Shown here: positions 10,059-19,912 of the stretch, one piece after another | Numbering within the stretch: position 1 is the stretch's first letter | Layout: each line of letters opens with the position of its first letter | NCBI GenBank assembly: GCA_038245725.1 | Contig: JBBRSD010000004.1 | Span: forward strand, 26,591 to 90,590 | Length of the DNA: 64,000 nucleotides | Reading direction: 5' to 3' | Source: Coriobacteriia bacterium | Lineage (GTDB): Bacteria; Actinomycetota; Coriobacteriia; Anaerosomatales; JAAXUF01 | The notes under the pieces: generated by a model | The model's database searches: none | The model's input: only the letters and a program-made list of their open reading frames with translations | What the model was told of the DNA's origin: nothing | Position numbers and translations under genes: made by a program

Positions 10059-11891
10059 GTGGGACGCATATCCGATGAAGACGTGCTCCGAATCCGAGAT
10101 GCGACCGACCTTGTGGCGCTCGTGTCAGAGCGGGTCATTCTCAAGCAGAAGGGACGTCTCTTCTGGGGCTGCTGCCCTTTCCACGCCGAGAAGACTCCCT
10201 CGTTCAAGGTTGATCCGGCAACACAGCTCTGGCATTGCTTCGGCTGCGGTCTGGGCGGCGACGCCTACGGATTCATGATGCGCACTGATAACGTGGACTT
10301 CCTCGATGCCGTCCGAACCCTCGCTGACCGCGCGCGGATCGAGATAACGGAAGAGGCCGGGGGAGTTCCGCGCGGCCTCAAGGAACGCCTCGTTGCGGCG
10401 AGCGAAGCCGCCGCGACGTACTATCACGACGTTCTGACGAAGTCTCGTGACGCTAGAGCTGTGAAGGCGCGCGATTATCTCGCGTCCCGAGGCTACTCGA
10501 GCTCTGTGGCCAAGACCTGGCAGCTCGGATACGCCCCCGGTGGGGGAGCGCTCGTTCGTCATCTGTCGCAGGCAGGCTTCTCGGCTGACGAGATCGTGTC
10601 TGCGAACCTAGGTTTGCAGGGCGACTCTGGAAACGTGCGCGATCGCTTCTACGAGCGAATCATGTTTCCCATTCGCGACCTGCAGGGACGCGCGATCGCG
10701 TTCGGCGGGCGCGTCATCGAACCCAAGGAGCCCAAGTACCTCAACACGCAGGACACGCCGATTTTCCACAAGTCGGCGAACATGTACGCGATCGAACGGG
10801 CGAAAGCGTCTGTCACCTCAAGCGGCGTCGCTGTTGTCGTGGAGGGCTATACAGACGTCATCGCCTTGCATGAGGCGGGAATCACGAACGTGGTGGCGAC
10901 TCTTGGCACCGCGCTCACCCGCGAGCACGTCCGGCTGTTGTCGCGCTTCGCGAAGCGTGTCGTCTACCTGTTCGATGGCGACACCGCCGGGCTGCGTGCC
11001 GCCGATCGCGCGTCGGAGTTTATCGACAGCAGCGTCACGCCGGAGGCAGGCCGGGATAGGGTCGAACTCGAGGTCGCGGTCATCCCCGACGCACTCGATC
11101 CGGCGGACTACGTCTCAAAGAACGGCGCCGCCGGCCTCCGAGAAGTTATCGACCGCGCGGTGCCTCTGTTGCGCTTCTCCATCGACCGGCGGCTTGACCG
11201 GTGGGACCTGGAACGTCCGGAAGAGCGGGCTCGCGCCCTCAAAGAGGCCGCGGAGGTACTGGCGCCCGTCAAAGGCTCCATTCTGGCGGATGACTACACG
11301 AACTACATCGCTGACCGACTACTGGTCGATTTCGAGACGGCGAAGCGGGCTATCGCGGCGGCGAAGACGACGCCCGGCGTTCGCGTGCAGCAGGGGGCGG
11401 AAGCCTCGTCACCTGTTGCCGCGCCACCGGTGGTCGCAGCCGATGCCCGGCAGCTGCGAGCCGAGCGAGATGCCCTCGCGCTCCTCGTCCTGGCACCACA
11501 GATGCGCCCGAGGGCACAGATCTTGCTAGAAAACGACCTGCTCACTGAGGCGAATCACCTTGCAATCGGTCAAGCGATCGCGCGAGCGACTCCGGGCCTC
11601 TCAAGCGCTCAGCTCATGGGCTGGCTGGATGGTGAGGTTCCTGGCGCGGCAGCGATTCTGTCTGGCGCGTCCATCGAAGGCGTCGGCGAGAGCGAACTCG
11701 ATCAGATGGAAGCCGATTTACTGCGCACTCTCAAGGAGATGGCGCTTGAACGGCGTATACGTGCTGAGAGTGCGTGGCTGAGTCTCAACAAAGATCTCAA
11801 GGATTCGGGCAAGTACGACGAAGTGTTTAGAAAGGTATCCACGCTGCAAATGGAGCTGTCGAAGCTTCGTAGCAGCATCGGCCAGTACTGA
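10059..11891 (+). CDS. dnaG: DNA primase
   Basis: CPFHAEKTPSF...HCFGC Zn finger, KYLN, VEGYTDV, FDGDTAG, DPAD. GTG start after GGAGG. Confidence 0.97.
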   Translation: MGRISDEDVLRIRDATDLVALVSERVILKQKGRLFWGCCPFHAEKTPSFKVDPATQLWHCFGCGLGGDAYGFMMRTDNVDFLDAVRTLADRARIEITEEAGGVPRGLKERLVAASEAAATYYHDVLTKSRDARAVKARDYLASRGYSSSVAKTWQLGYAPGGGALVRHLSQAGFSADEIVSANLGLQGDSGNVRDRFYERIMFPIRDLQGRAIAFGGRVIEPKEPKYLNTQDTPIFHKSANMYAIERAKASVTSSGVAVVVEGYTDVIALHEAGITNVVATLGTALTREHVRLLSRFAKRVVYLFDGDTAGLRAADRASEFIDSSVTPEAGRDRVELEVAVIPDALDPADYVSKNGAAGLREVIDRAVPLLRFSIDRRLDRWDLERPEERARALKEAAEVLAPVKGSILADDYTNYIADRLLVDFETAKRAIAAAKTTPGVRVQQGAEASSPVAAPPVVAADARQLRAERDALALLVLAPQMRPRAQILLENDLLTEANHLAIGQAIARATPGLSSAQLMGWLDGEVPGAAAILSGASIEGVGESELDQMEADLLRTLKEMALERRIRAESAWLSLNKDLKDSGKYDEVFRKVSTLQMELSKLRSSIGQY

Positions 11892-11917
11892 CGATCGCGT
11901 GAGAGGGAAGAACCAGC

Positions 11918-13501
11918 GTGGCGGATAAGCCTGGCAAGACCACAAAGACGCAAGACGCCGTAAACGAGAAGTCGATTGCGGTTCCGAAGACGAAGACTGC
12001 ACCCGAGGCGGATGCGACAGTCGAGCCCACAAAGAAGTCGAAGAGTCTGAGTGCTGCCAAGAGAGCAGCGCCAGCCAGGTCGGGCAAGGACGCGGCTTCA
12101 CCAGGCGCACCTGCTGCGGGAAAGGACGCCGCCTCGAAGGTGGCGTTCGAGCCCGAGGAAGCCGTGAAGAAGCAGCCCAAGAAGGCTGCGACTGCGAAGT
12201 CTTCCCTGAAGCTCGCGCCGGAGCTCGAACTCGCCGAGGTCAAGACACTCACGAAGATGGGACGCTCAAAGGGCAACCTCACCGATGAGGAGATTCAGGG
12301 CGCCCTCTCCGACATCGATCTTACGGAAGATCAGTTCGAACGTATCTATGGACACTTCCGCGAGAGCGGGATCGACGTGGTCGATGACACGGGTGACGTC
12401 AGCGGCGCGCTCGCCGTTGGGGCTGGGGTCGATGCGTCGGTCGATATCGCACCTGACGCTGAGGACGGAATCGACGTTGAGGTCGAGGTCGCGGATATCG
12501 TGCTCCCGCCCAAGGTCGCGCCTGCCAAGACCGTGAAGAAGAAGGCCAAGAAGCGCGAGAACCTCAACGCCGTCGCACCGCTAACGGGCGACCCCGTTCG
12601 CATGTACCTGAAAGAGATCGGCAAGGTTCCGCTGCTGACGGCGGCGCAGGAAGTCGACCTCGCGATGAAGATCGAGGCCGGTCTGGAGGCCGCGAAACGG
12701 CTCGAAGACGCCTACGACGCGGGAACGACGCTGGATCGCGCCGAAAAGCGTCGGGTCACGCGCATCGAACAGGTCGGGCTCGACGCCAAGCAGCAGCTCG
12801 TAGAGGCGAACCTTCGACTGGTGGTGTCGATAGCGAAGCGCTACGTAGGTCGCGGCATGCTCTTCCTGGACCTGATTCAGGAGGGAAACCTCGGTCTGAT
12901 TCGTGCTGTGGAGAAGTTCGACTACACCAAGGGCTACAAGTTCTCGACGTACGCGACGTGGTGGATCCGCCAGGCGATCACCCGCGCTATCGCCGACCAG
13001 GCCCGCACGATCCGCATCCCCGTTCACATGGTCGAGACGATCAACAAGCTGATTCGCGTGCAGCGCGGCCTGCTTCAAGAGCTCGGGCGCGAACCTACGC
13101 CTGAGGAGATCGGCGACCAGATGGAGATGACCGCCGACCGCGTCCGAGAAATCCTGAAGATCAGCCAGGAGCCGGTGTCACTCGAGACTCCTATCGGCGA
13201 AGAAGAGGACAGCCAGCTCGGCGACTTCATCGAAGACGGCGAGGCTGTCGTGCCGCCCGACGCAGCGAGCTTTTCGATGCTGCAGGAGCAACTTTCGAAG
13301 GTTCTCGATGGGCTGGCCGAGCGGGAGCGCAAGGTCATTGAACTGAGGTTCGGACTTGTTGACGGACATCCACGCACGCTCGAAGAGGTTGGGCGCGAGT
13401 TCGGCGTCACACGAGAGCGAATCCGGCAGATCGAGTCCAAGACGCTGTGCAAGCTGAGGCATCCGAGCCGGTCGAGCAAGCTCAAAGACTATCTCGAGTA
13501 G
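11918..13501 (+). CDS. rpoD: RNA polymerase primary sigma factor
   Basis: [47 protein letters not shown]. Lys/Ala-rich N-terminus. Confidence 0.98.
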   Translation: MADKPGKTTKTQDAVNEKSIAVPKTKTAPEADATVEPTKKSKSLSAAKRAAPARSGKDAASPGAPAAGKDAASKVAFEPEEAVKKQPKKAATAKSSLKLAPELELAEVKTLTKMGRSKGNLTDEEIQGALSDIDLTEDQFERIYGHFRESGIDVVDDTGDVSGALAVGAGVDASVDIAPDAEDGIDVEVEVADIVLPPKVAPAKTVKKKAKKRENLNAVAPLTGDPVRMYLKEIGKVPLLTAAQEVDLAMKIEAGLEAAKRLEDAYDAGTTLDRAEKRRVTRIEQVGLDAKQQLVEANLRLVVSIAKRYVGRGMLFLDLIQEGNLGLIRAVEKFDYTKGYKFSTYATWWIRQAITRAIADQARTIRIPVHMVETINKLIRVQRGLLQELGREPTPEEIGDQMEMTADRVREILKISQEPVSLETPIGEEEDSQLGDFIEDGEAVVPPDAASFSMLQEQLSKVLDGLAERERKVIELRFGLVDGHPRTLEEVGREFGVTRERIRQIESKTLCKLRHPSRSSKLKDYLE

Positions 13502-13531
13502 GTCTCAAGCGGCCATTCACCAGCAACGCAA

Positions 13532-13557
13532 GAAGGCCCCGCACATTCGGGGCCTTC
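13532..13557. terminator. Hairpin between convergent rpoD and tRNA-Asn
   Basis: GAAGGCCCCG / CGGGGCCTTC 10-bp stem. Confidence 0.7.
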
Positions 13558-13565
13558 GTCATTTC

Positions 13566-13640
13566 TGGCTCCTCGGGTAGGACTCGAACCTACAACAACC
13601 CGGTTAACAGCCGGGTGCTCTACCATTGAGCTACCGAGGA
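13566..13640 (-). tRNA. tRNA-Asn(GTT)
   Basis: Reverse complement TCCTCGGTAGCTCAATGGTAGAGCACCCGGCTGTTAACCGGG...GGTTCGAGTCC...GAGGAGCCA. Cloverleaf with encoded CCA. Confidence 0.97.
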
Positions 13641-13801
13641 ATGCGATACGTCCGGGCGGGGACGCGAAACAGCAGTATACGAACGCGGGTGGAGCAATGC
13701 AACACACGTTTTGTCATTGCACGCCGGCGACTTGCGCCACGTGACCTGCGAGAGCGCGCCCTTGCGCTAGAATCGTACAGCACTCTCGTCTGAATGCTTC
13801 A

Positions 13802-13876
13802 GGGCCCGTAGCTCAATGGTGGAGCAGGGGACTCATAATCCCTTGGTTGTAGGTTCGAATCCTACCGGGCCCACCA
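13802..13876 (+). tRNA. tRNA with CAT anticodon, most likely tRNA-Ile2 (lysidine-modified)
   Basis: GGGCCCGTAGCTCAATGG...GACTCATAATC...GGTTCGAATCC...GGGCCCACCA. G1-C72 pair excludes initiator. Sequence style and position near rpoD fit Ile2. Confidence 0.9.
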
Positions 13877-13887
13877 GGAAGGACTCT

Positions 13888-15048
13888 ATGTCGCTCAATG
13901 ACCTCAAACGAGGCACTACGGCTCGCGGAGAGGCTGTGGCCGCGCCAATCGGTTTCAGTTCGGTCTTGGGCGCATTAGCATTTCTCGTAACAGTGGTGTC
14001 GCTTCTCGCAATCGGTTTCATGATTGGCCGGGCAGTGTTCTTCAGGACGCCGGCATCCAGAAATGTCGCGCCCCGGGACGCTCGCTCCACGTCTCTGACT
14101 CAGGCGGTCGTTCCGGGGAGCAGTTTCCCCGTGTCGTCGTCGATCCTCCCAAGCGCTGGAAGGATCGAAGTGCCTGACCTGCGCGGGATGCGTGCCGACG
14201 AAGCGGTCGTGCTACTGCAGACAGCGGGTTTCGCAGTGTTCGTACGAGACGTGGGTCTCGGCGTCACTTCCGAGGCGAGCCGAACCGTCATATCTCAAGT
14301 TCCCTCTTCAGGAACTGTGGCGGCGGCTGAATCCACCGTCACCATTTCGGCGCCGGCGCTGCGTGGGGTAGCAGCATCCGCTGGCGCCGACTCGAGCAGC
14401 AGCGTGGGCGCGCCGCGCTTGGTCGTTTGCATTGATCCCGGTCACCAGGCCCACTCAGACAGTAAGTTGGAGCCGCTGGGACCTGGATCGAAGACGCAAC
14501 GGCCGCGTGCCACGGGGGGAGTGACAGGCGTTTCAACGGGTATTCCGGAGTTCGAGACAGACCTGCAACTAGCCGTGAATCTGAAGAAGCGTCTCGAAGC
14601 CGCTGGTGTGAAGGTAGTCATGACGAGGACAACGAACGACGTGTCTCTCTCAAACGCGATGCGGGCACGAATTGCGAATCGAGCGCACGCGGATCTCTTC
14701 GTCCGAATCCACGGCGCCGCATCGCCCAATCCGGCAGACTCAGGAGTCACCACGATCTACTCGGCGAAGAATCGGTGGACTACGAAGTACACCAGGCAGA
14801 GTATCGCAGCGGCTAAGGACATCGAGACGTGGGTGTGCACAGAGAGCGGGGCTGCGAACCGTGGCGCTCATCCGCAGTCAGGTTTGGTGGGTTCGAACTG
14901 GGCCCGAGAGCCCTCAGTCATTGTGGAAACCGGCTTCTTGTCAAATCCGGTCGAGGACAAGCTGCTTTCGAGTGCGAACTACCAAGATCGCCTTGCGCGA
15001 GGCCTCGCGAGCGGCATTCTGATGTATCTGGGGGAGAGCCAGCACTGA
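13888..15048 (+). CDS. Membrane-anchored N-acetylmuramoyl-L-alanine amidase (Amidase_3) with PASTA domain
   Basis: N-terminal TM. PASTA motif VPDLRGM...VISQVP. Amidase motifs IDPGH, E, RIH and VETGFLSN. Confidence 0.9.
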   Translation: MSLNDLKRGTTARGEAVAAPIGFSSVLGALAFLVTVVSLLAIGFMIGRAVFFRTPASRNVAPRDARSTSLTQAVVPGSSFPVSSSILPSAGRIEVPDLRGMRADEAVVLLQTAGFAVFVRDVGLGVTSEASRTVISQVPSSGTVAAAESTVTISAPALRGVAASAGADSSSSVGAPRLVVCIDPGHQAHSDSKLEPLGPGSKTQRPRATGGVTGVSTGIPEFETDLQLAVNLKKRLEAAGVKVVMTRTTNDVSLSNAMRARIANRAHADLFVRIHGAASPNPADSGVTTIYSAKNRWTTKYTRQSIAAAKDIETWVCTESGAANRGAHPQSGLVGSNWAREPSVIVETGFLSNPVEDKLLSSANYQDRLARGLASGILMYLGESQH

Positions 15049-15749
15049 TGCGGGAGTCGAGGCTCAGTCCTGTTGTCATCGGCGGACTGCTTGCGGTTCT
15101 GTTTGTCGCCGGCGTGGCTGGATACGTCACGTGGGTATCTCGGACACAGAACGCGGGAACACCGAACTCTGCCGCTACGGACGTTCTCGTTGCGATCGTG
15201 CTGCCAGACCTTGAAGGCGTAGTTGCCCCACGCGCAATCTCGCTGTACGCGACCAGCGGGGGTCGCGTGGCGAGCATCACTGTTGACCCCGGGATGGGAG
15301 CTACCGTTCCCGGCGCGACTTCGCACACGCTTTCAGATGCATACCTGTACGGAGGCGGCGACCTTCTCGCGAGCACGTACGCCAGAGTGACTAAGTCGGC
15401 GACGCCGGAATGGATCGTGATCGACGGCGCCACGCTGAGCCGATTGACTGGTGGGCGCGACGTTCAGGTCACGTTGTCTGTACCCGTTGAGGTATTCGAT
15501 GGCACGACGCTGTCCTCTTTCGCGACGGGGACGGTCGCGGTGTCGTACGAAGAATTGCCCAAGCTCATGGACGGTGTCGCATTCCTTGCGCCGGCCGATC
15601 GGGCGTACGTGCGAGGACGGCTGAGCGAAGCTGCGCTGGTCGGCCTGTCTGGCTCGTCGACACCGTTGTCGGCGGGCGTCCGTACGAACATGCGGCCAGC
15701 GCGACTCGCGCAGTGGTTGGCGGGGCTGGCTCCAACCGCCACTCCGTGA
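15048..15749 (+). CDS. Membrane-anchored LytR-CpsA-Psr (LCP)-like protein, divergent
   Basis: ATG overlaps the amidase stop. N-terminal TM. VPGATSHTLSDAYLYGG resembles the LCP IPG...KINAAYAYGG segment. Confidence 0.55.
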   Translation: MRESRLSPVVIGGLLAVLFVAGVAGYVTWVSRTQNAGTPNSAATDVLVAIVLPDLEGVVAPRAISLYATSGGRVASITVDPGMGATVPGATSHTLSDAYLYGGGDLLASTYARVTKSATPEWIVIDGATLSRLTGGRDVQVTLSVPVEVFDGTTLSSFATGTVAVSYEELPKLMDGVAFLAPADRAYVRGRLSEAALVGLSGSSTPLSAGVRTNMRPARLAQWLAGLAPTATP

Positions 15750-15880
15750 GAGATGAATGACGCCGACGGGTCCGGCTTCAAAACGGGGTGCGCGCGGGTC
15801 CTTCGGACGCGACCAGTATGAAATGATAGAATTCGGCCTGAAAAGTCGTGACAAAGCTGTCCTGGCAACTAGGAGTACCC

Positions 15881-16717
15881 ATGTCGGATCATGTAGCCGA
15901 ATCGAACCAGCCGACATCCGGTCCGGCGCACTTGCCGAAGCGGACTCGACGCGCCTCCGGAGTTCTGGTGTGGGTTCTTGTTCTCGTCGTAGCTGCCGCG
16001 GCTTTCGCAGGTGTGGTCGTCCTCTCCGGTGGGTTCAAGGGGTCGCTTGACGCATTTTCTTCTCTGGGCATTGGGCGTCTGTTCTCCGGTGGTTCCGCGC
16101 CGTCGAAGCCGTCTCCCAGTCCGGCGAGTTCGGCGTCATCGACTTCAACCGGCACGAGCGGTGCTTCAGGCTCCGGCACAAGCACGACTCTGCCAAACCG
16201 AGCGTTTGTGCAGATGTTCAACCAACAAGTTGACTCTCAGGTAGCGATCAGCGAATTGATCCAAGGACACATCGACGTCATCGAGTTCGGTGATCCGATC
16301 GTGACAATCGATACGGCGAGCGTGCCGTTCCACGGCTCGTTCCGAGGGACGCCACTGCCGTTCACCGGCGATCTGAAGCTGAGAAAGTTCCAAAACCTCT
16401 GGTATTTCGACAGCCTGAGCGACAACCGGCGGGCCGGCAGTCATGAGCCATCAAGGATCCCGGTCGACGCGGCCGTCGTGAAAGTGTTGACCGAGCAGCA
16501 GGCTTCGCCGAGCAACCAGGACATGATCACGAACGGGGTTCTCCGCGCAGGATTCAAGAAGGCCACTGTCGTGAGTATTTTGCGGGGGGCCGGCACCGTG
16601 ACGCTCAGAGTGCGCCTCAGTGGTGGTACCTGGACCGAGGAGCTCGGACGCTTCATCGTGCTTTCCAAGAAGGAGGGTTCCAGAACGTACTGGTTCCTGG
16701 CACGTCTTGATAAGTAG
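15881..16717 (+). CDS. Hypothetical membrane-anchored extracytoplasmic protein with Ser-rich linker
   Basis: AGGAG RBS before ATG 15881. One TM, S/T/G/P linker, then a globular region. Confidence 0.7.
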   Translation: MSDHVAESNQPTSGPAHLPKRTRRASGVLVWVLVLVVAAAAFAGVVVLSGGFKGSLDAFSSLGIGRLFSGGSAPSKPSPSPASSASSTSTGTSGASGSGTSTTLPNRAFVQMFNQQVDSQVAISELIQGHIDVIEFGDPIVTIDTASVPFHGSFRGTPLPFTGDLKLRKFQNLWYFDSLSDNRRAGSHEPSRIPVDAAVVKVLTEQQASPSNQDMITNGVLRAGFKKATVVSILRGAGTVTLRVRLSGGTWTEELGRFIVLSKKEGSRTYWFLARLDK

Positions 16718-16786
16718 GGTTACCGATACCGTGCCTGCATTCAGCGATGAGATCCGGTCGCACGGATCCCGAGTGATTGGCTGACG

Positions 16787-18607
16787 ATGGAGCTCCGCGA
16801 CTACCTCGGTATCATCCGCGCACGGAGATGGGTCATCATCCAGGCAGTCGTCATCGTCACACTCACTGCAGTAGTGGTGTCGTTCGTGCAGCCGAAGTCG
16901 TACCAGGGTGTCGCACAGGTGCTTATCTCTGAAAAGGATAGCGGCGCTGCTCTTCTCGGCAGTGTGTTGCCGTTGTCCGCTCAGCCCGAGCGCACGCTGC
17001 AGACACAAGTGCAGCTGATGCAGATCCGCCCGATCGCCGAGACCACGATCAAGCGCCTCAACCTGCAGACGACGCCTGAGGACCTGCTGAAGCGAGTGAC
17101 CGTCTCGGCTGCGGGCCAGACAGACATCGTGAACATCGCCGCAGAAGACCCGAGTGCTGACACGGCCGCCAGCATCGCGAACACCATTGCCGATGCGTAC
17201 GTGGCCGCCGCGAGAGACGCTCGGCGTTCGAGCATCGCAGCCGCGGCGGACGAGGTTCAGAAGCGCCTGGATGAGGCCAGAGCGGAGATCGTCGCTGTCG
17301 GCCACAAGATCGCGTCCACCGGTCAGTCAAACGACTTGACCGCCGAGCTGCAGATCGCCACTGGCACGTATACGACACTCGCCGAGAAGCTCGAGCAGCT
17401 TCGGATCAACGAGCAGTTGGAGACCGGTCCCGGACGCGTTGTCAGCCCTGCCGTGCTCGACATGAGGCCGGTCTCGCCCAAGCCTGTCCGCAATGCGGCA
17501 CTCGCCCTAGTTGTCGGCCTGATGTTCGGCCTCGGCATGGCGTTCCTGTATGAGTATCTCGACAACACCATCAAGACCACCGAGGAAGCCGAGAAGCTCT
17601 TCGGCGCACCTGTGCTGGGGACCATCCCTGGCGACAAGCCCGAGAAGGGTCAGAAGAGGCGACTCGCCATCGTCCAATCGCCCGGATCTTCTACCGCCGA
17701 GGGCTACCGTGTGCTGCGCAACTCGCTGGACTTCATCAACTTCCAGCACGACATCAAGACGCTGCTTGTCACGTCCGCAGCGCCCGGAGAGGGCAAGTCC
17801 ACCGTCGCTTCCAACCTCGCGGCCGCGCTGGCGCAGTCAGGCAAGAAGGTCGTGTTGGTCTCGTGCGATTTCCGGCGGCCTACCACCGAACAGTTCTTCA
17901 ACGTCAACAACATGATCGGGTTGTCGGACGTGTTGCTCGGCACACATTCGCTCAAGGCTGCTCTGCAGCGCCCGGGCGACGAGCAGCTGCTCGTGATGAC
18001 AGCTGGCAAGATGCCACCGAACCCTTCCGAGCTTCTGGGCTCGAGCAAGATGCAAGATGTTGTCAAGGCGCTCGGCGAATGGGGCGAGTGGGTCATCATC
18101 GACACGCCGCCGCTGCTTGCAGTGGCCGATCCTGCAGCCGTCGCTCGCTGGACTGACGGCGTGTTGTTGGTGACGCAAGCGGGCGCTTCGACGCGCGATG
18201 CTGCGAAGAAGGCGATGGAGCTTCTCGGCAAGGTCGGGGCTCGCGCGATCGGTGTCGTGGTCTGGGGCCTTGACGAGAACAGGGGAGGCGCGGGCTACGG
18301 CTACTACGGCGGTGGCCAGTACTACTACTCGAGCTACTACAGCCAGGCGCCCGACGATGGTCGACGCTCGAAGAAGACGGCCGCGCCGGAAGACAACGGC
18401 GCCCAGGCAGTCGGCGTCGGCATCGATGCAGCACGGCCGTGGGTTCCCGAGGTCAGCGCAGGCAGAAGGGTCGCTGCAGTGGTTGGCCGGGTGCTCACGG
18501 CGCTGCTGGCCTTCCTCGTCGTGATCGCGATCGCGGCGGTGGTCGCGTACTTCCTTGACCAGTATTTCGGGTGGGGGCTGGCAAAGACAGTTCTGGGCCG
18601 TCTGTGA
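16787..18607 (+). CDS. Polysaccharide co-polymerase / BY tyrosine autokinase (Wzc/CpsCD-like)
   Basis: MELRDYL Wzz N-terminus, PVSPKP, Walker A GEGKST, DFRRP, IDTPP, Tyr cluster. Confidence 0.93.
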   Translation: MELRDYLGIIRARRWVIIQAVVIVTLTAVVVSFVQPKSYQGVAQVLISEKDSGAALLGSVLPLSAQPERTLQTQVQLMQIRPIAETTIKRLNLQTTPEDLLKRVTVSAAGQTDIVNIAAEDPSADTAASIANTIADAYVAAARDARRSSIAAAADEVQKRLDEARAEIVAVGHKIASTGQSNDLTAELQIATGTYTTLAEKLEQLRINEQLETGPGRVVSPAVLDMRPVSPKPVRNAALALVVGLMFGLGMAFLYEYLDNTIKTTEEAEKLFGAPVLGTIPGDKPEKGQKRRLAIVQSPGSSTAEGYRVLRNSLDFINFQHDIKTLLVTSAAPGEGKSTVASNLAAALAQSGKKVVLVSCDFRRPTTEQFFNVNNMIGLSDVLLGTHSLKAALQRPGDEQLLVMTAGKMPPNPSELLGSSKMQDVVKALGEWGEWVIIDTPPLLAVADPAAVARWTDGVLLVTQAGASTRDAAKKAMELLGKVGARAIGVVVWGLDENRGGAGYGYYGGGQYYYSSYYSQAPDDGRRSKKTAAPEDNGAQAVGVGIDAARPWVPEVSAGRRVAAVVGRVLTALLAFLVVIAIAAVVAYFLDQYFGWGLAKTVLGRL

Positions 18608-18640
18608 GGACGCGGCCTGCCGAGACTTTGCGAGTCGTGC

Positions 18641-19912
18641 ATGGTTGGTGAGGAGACAGTCCGAGTGGGTTTCGGCCGCGACGTGGCGATGATGGTGGGG
18701 GTGCAGTTTGCCTCGGCAGCGCTCTCCCTCTTGCTAGCCATCGCGGCCGCGCGGTTGCTGGGACCATCCGGTAAGGGAGTATTCGCGTTCCTTGTAAGCG
18801 CTGGCGCCCTTGGCGGCGTCCTGCTTGCAGTAGGCATAGGGCCAGCGTCGTCGGCTTGGCTCGTTAGGGACGATTTGGATCGTTGGCTCGCGTTCGAGCT
18901 GTCGTCCGGATGGACTGCCGTTGTGTTCGCCGTGTCGACCTGCGGCATCCTGATCGTCCCGGCTCCATTCGGTTTCATGACCGTGTGGTGGCTGGTGCCG
19001 ATCGCGATCGCAACGATGATGTGGAGCTACTTCCAAGGCTGGGTCGGCCAAGGCCTCGGCAGGAACAAGTCCCTTGCCGCAAATACGCTCGTGTCGCTGG
19101 GTCTTCAAGTCATCGGGTACGCGTTCCTGTTCTGGAGCCATCGATTCCGAGTTGTGCCGGTCGCTCTTGTCTGGCTGGTAAGTCAGAATGTGGGCAGCGC
19201 CATTGGATGGTTTCTCACCCTGCGCGGACGTTCAGTCAGGCGACGCAAAGCGTTCGATTTCAGAGCATTCGGCATGTTCGGGCTCCGGGCCGCGGGCGTT
19301 CAGTGGCTGAACGCTCTGAACTCTAGAGCCGACATACTCATCCTCAGCCTGCTTTCGACTGCGGCCTCTGTCGGCTATTACTCGATGGCCGTTACCGCAG
19401 TCCAGATGATGACGTTCGTGCCGGCAGCATTGGGGCAGGTTCTGGCGAAGCCATTCGGAACCTCGGAGGCCGATAGGTCTTTCAGGCTCGTCTCGCGCGC
19501 CCTGCGAGTGGGCATCCTCGGCAGCGTCTTGACCGGCTTGGTTCTCGCGCTGTCCGCTCCCATCCTCGTTCCGCTTCTGATGGGCGTTGCGTATTCGCCG
19601 GTGGTTCTCATGGTTTGGATCATGGTTCCAGGAATGGTTCTCTATTCTTCGAGCGCGACCACCCTGTCGTTCTTTTGGCACGCATCACGTAAGAGTAGCG
19701 CCCCTGCGATAGTCACTGGTGTATCGCTCATCATCGATCTCACACTGCTGGTGTATCTCGGTCCAAAGTACGCTGGGCTCGGCGCCGCAGTCGCCTCGTC
19801 ATGCGCACTTTCAGTCGCTGGGATTGTGAATCTGACGCTGGTGTCGCGGCACAGCGAACAAGACATCTGGCGTCTCTTCTGGCCATCGCGACACAGCATC
19901 GGGGACGAATGA
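18641..19912 (+). CDS. Polysaccharide flippase (Wzx-like)
   Basis: About 12 TM, ARLLGPSGKG, RADILIL, VGYYSMA, GAAVASS. Confidence 0.85.
   Translation: MVGEETVRVGFGRDVAMMVGVQFASAALSLLLAIAAARLLGPSGKGVFAFLVSAGALGGVLLAVGIGPASSAWLVRDDLDRWLAFELSSGWTAVVFAVSTCGILIVPAPFGFMTVWWLVPIAIATMMWSYFQGWVGQGLGRNKSLAANTLVSLGLQVIGYAFLFWSHRFRVVPVALVWLVSQNVGSAIGWFLTLRGRSVRRRKAFDFRAFGMFGLRAAGVQWLNALNSRADILILSLLSTAASVGYYSMAVTAVQMMTFVPAALGQVLAKPFGTSEADRSFRLVSRALRVGILGSVLTGLVLALSAPILVPLLMGVAYSPVVLMVWIMVPGMVLYSSSATTLSFFWHASRKSSAPAIVTGVSLIIDLTLLVYLGPKYAGLGAAVASSCALSVAGIVNLTLVSRHSEQDIWRLFWPSRHSIGDE

Noticed and set aside
13566-13876. Inverted similarity between the two tRNAs, and tRNA 3'-end similarity with tRNA-Val, as att or inversion sites
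   Set aside because: Explained by ordinary conserved D- and T-arm sequence. No integrase or exact duplicated 3' end seen.
13816-13887. ORF-track N-terminal extension of the amidase
   Set aside because: Lies inside the tRNA gene. ATG 13888 has an RBS.
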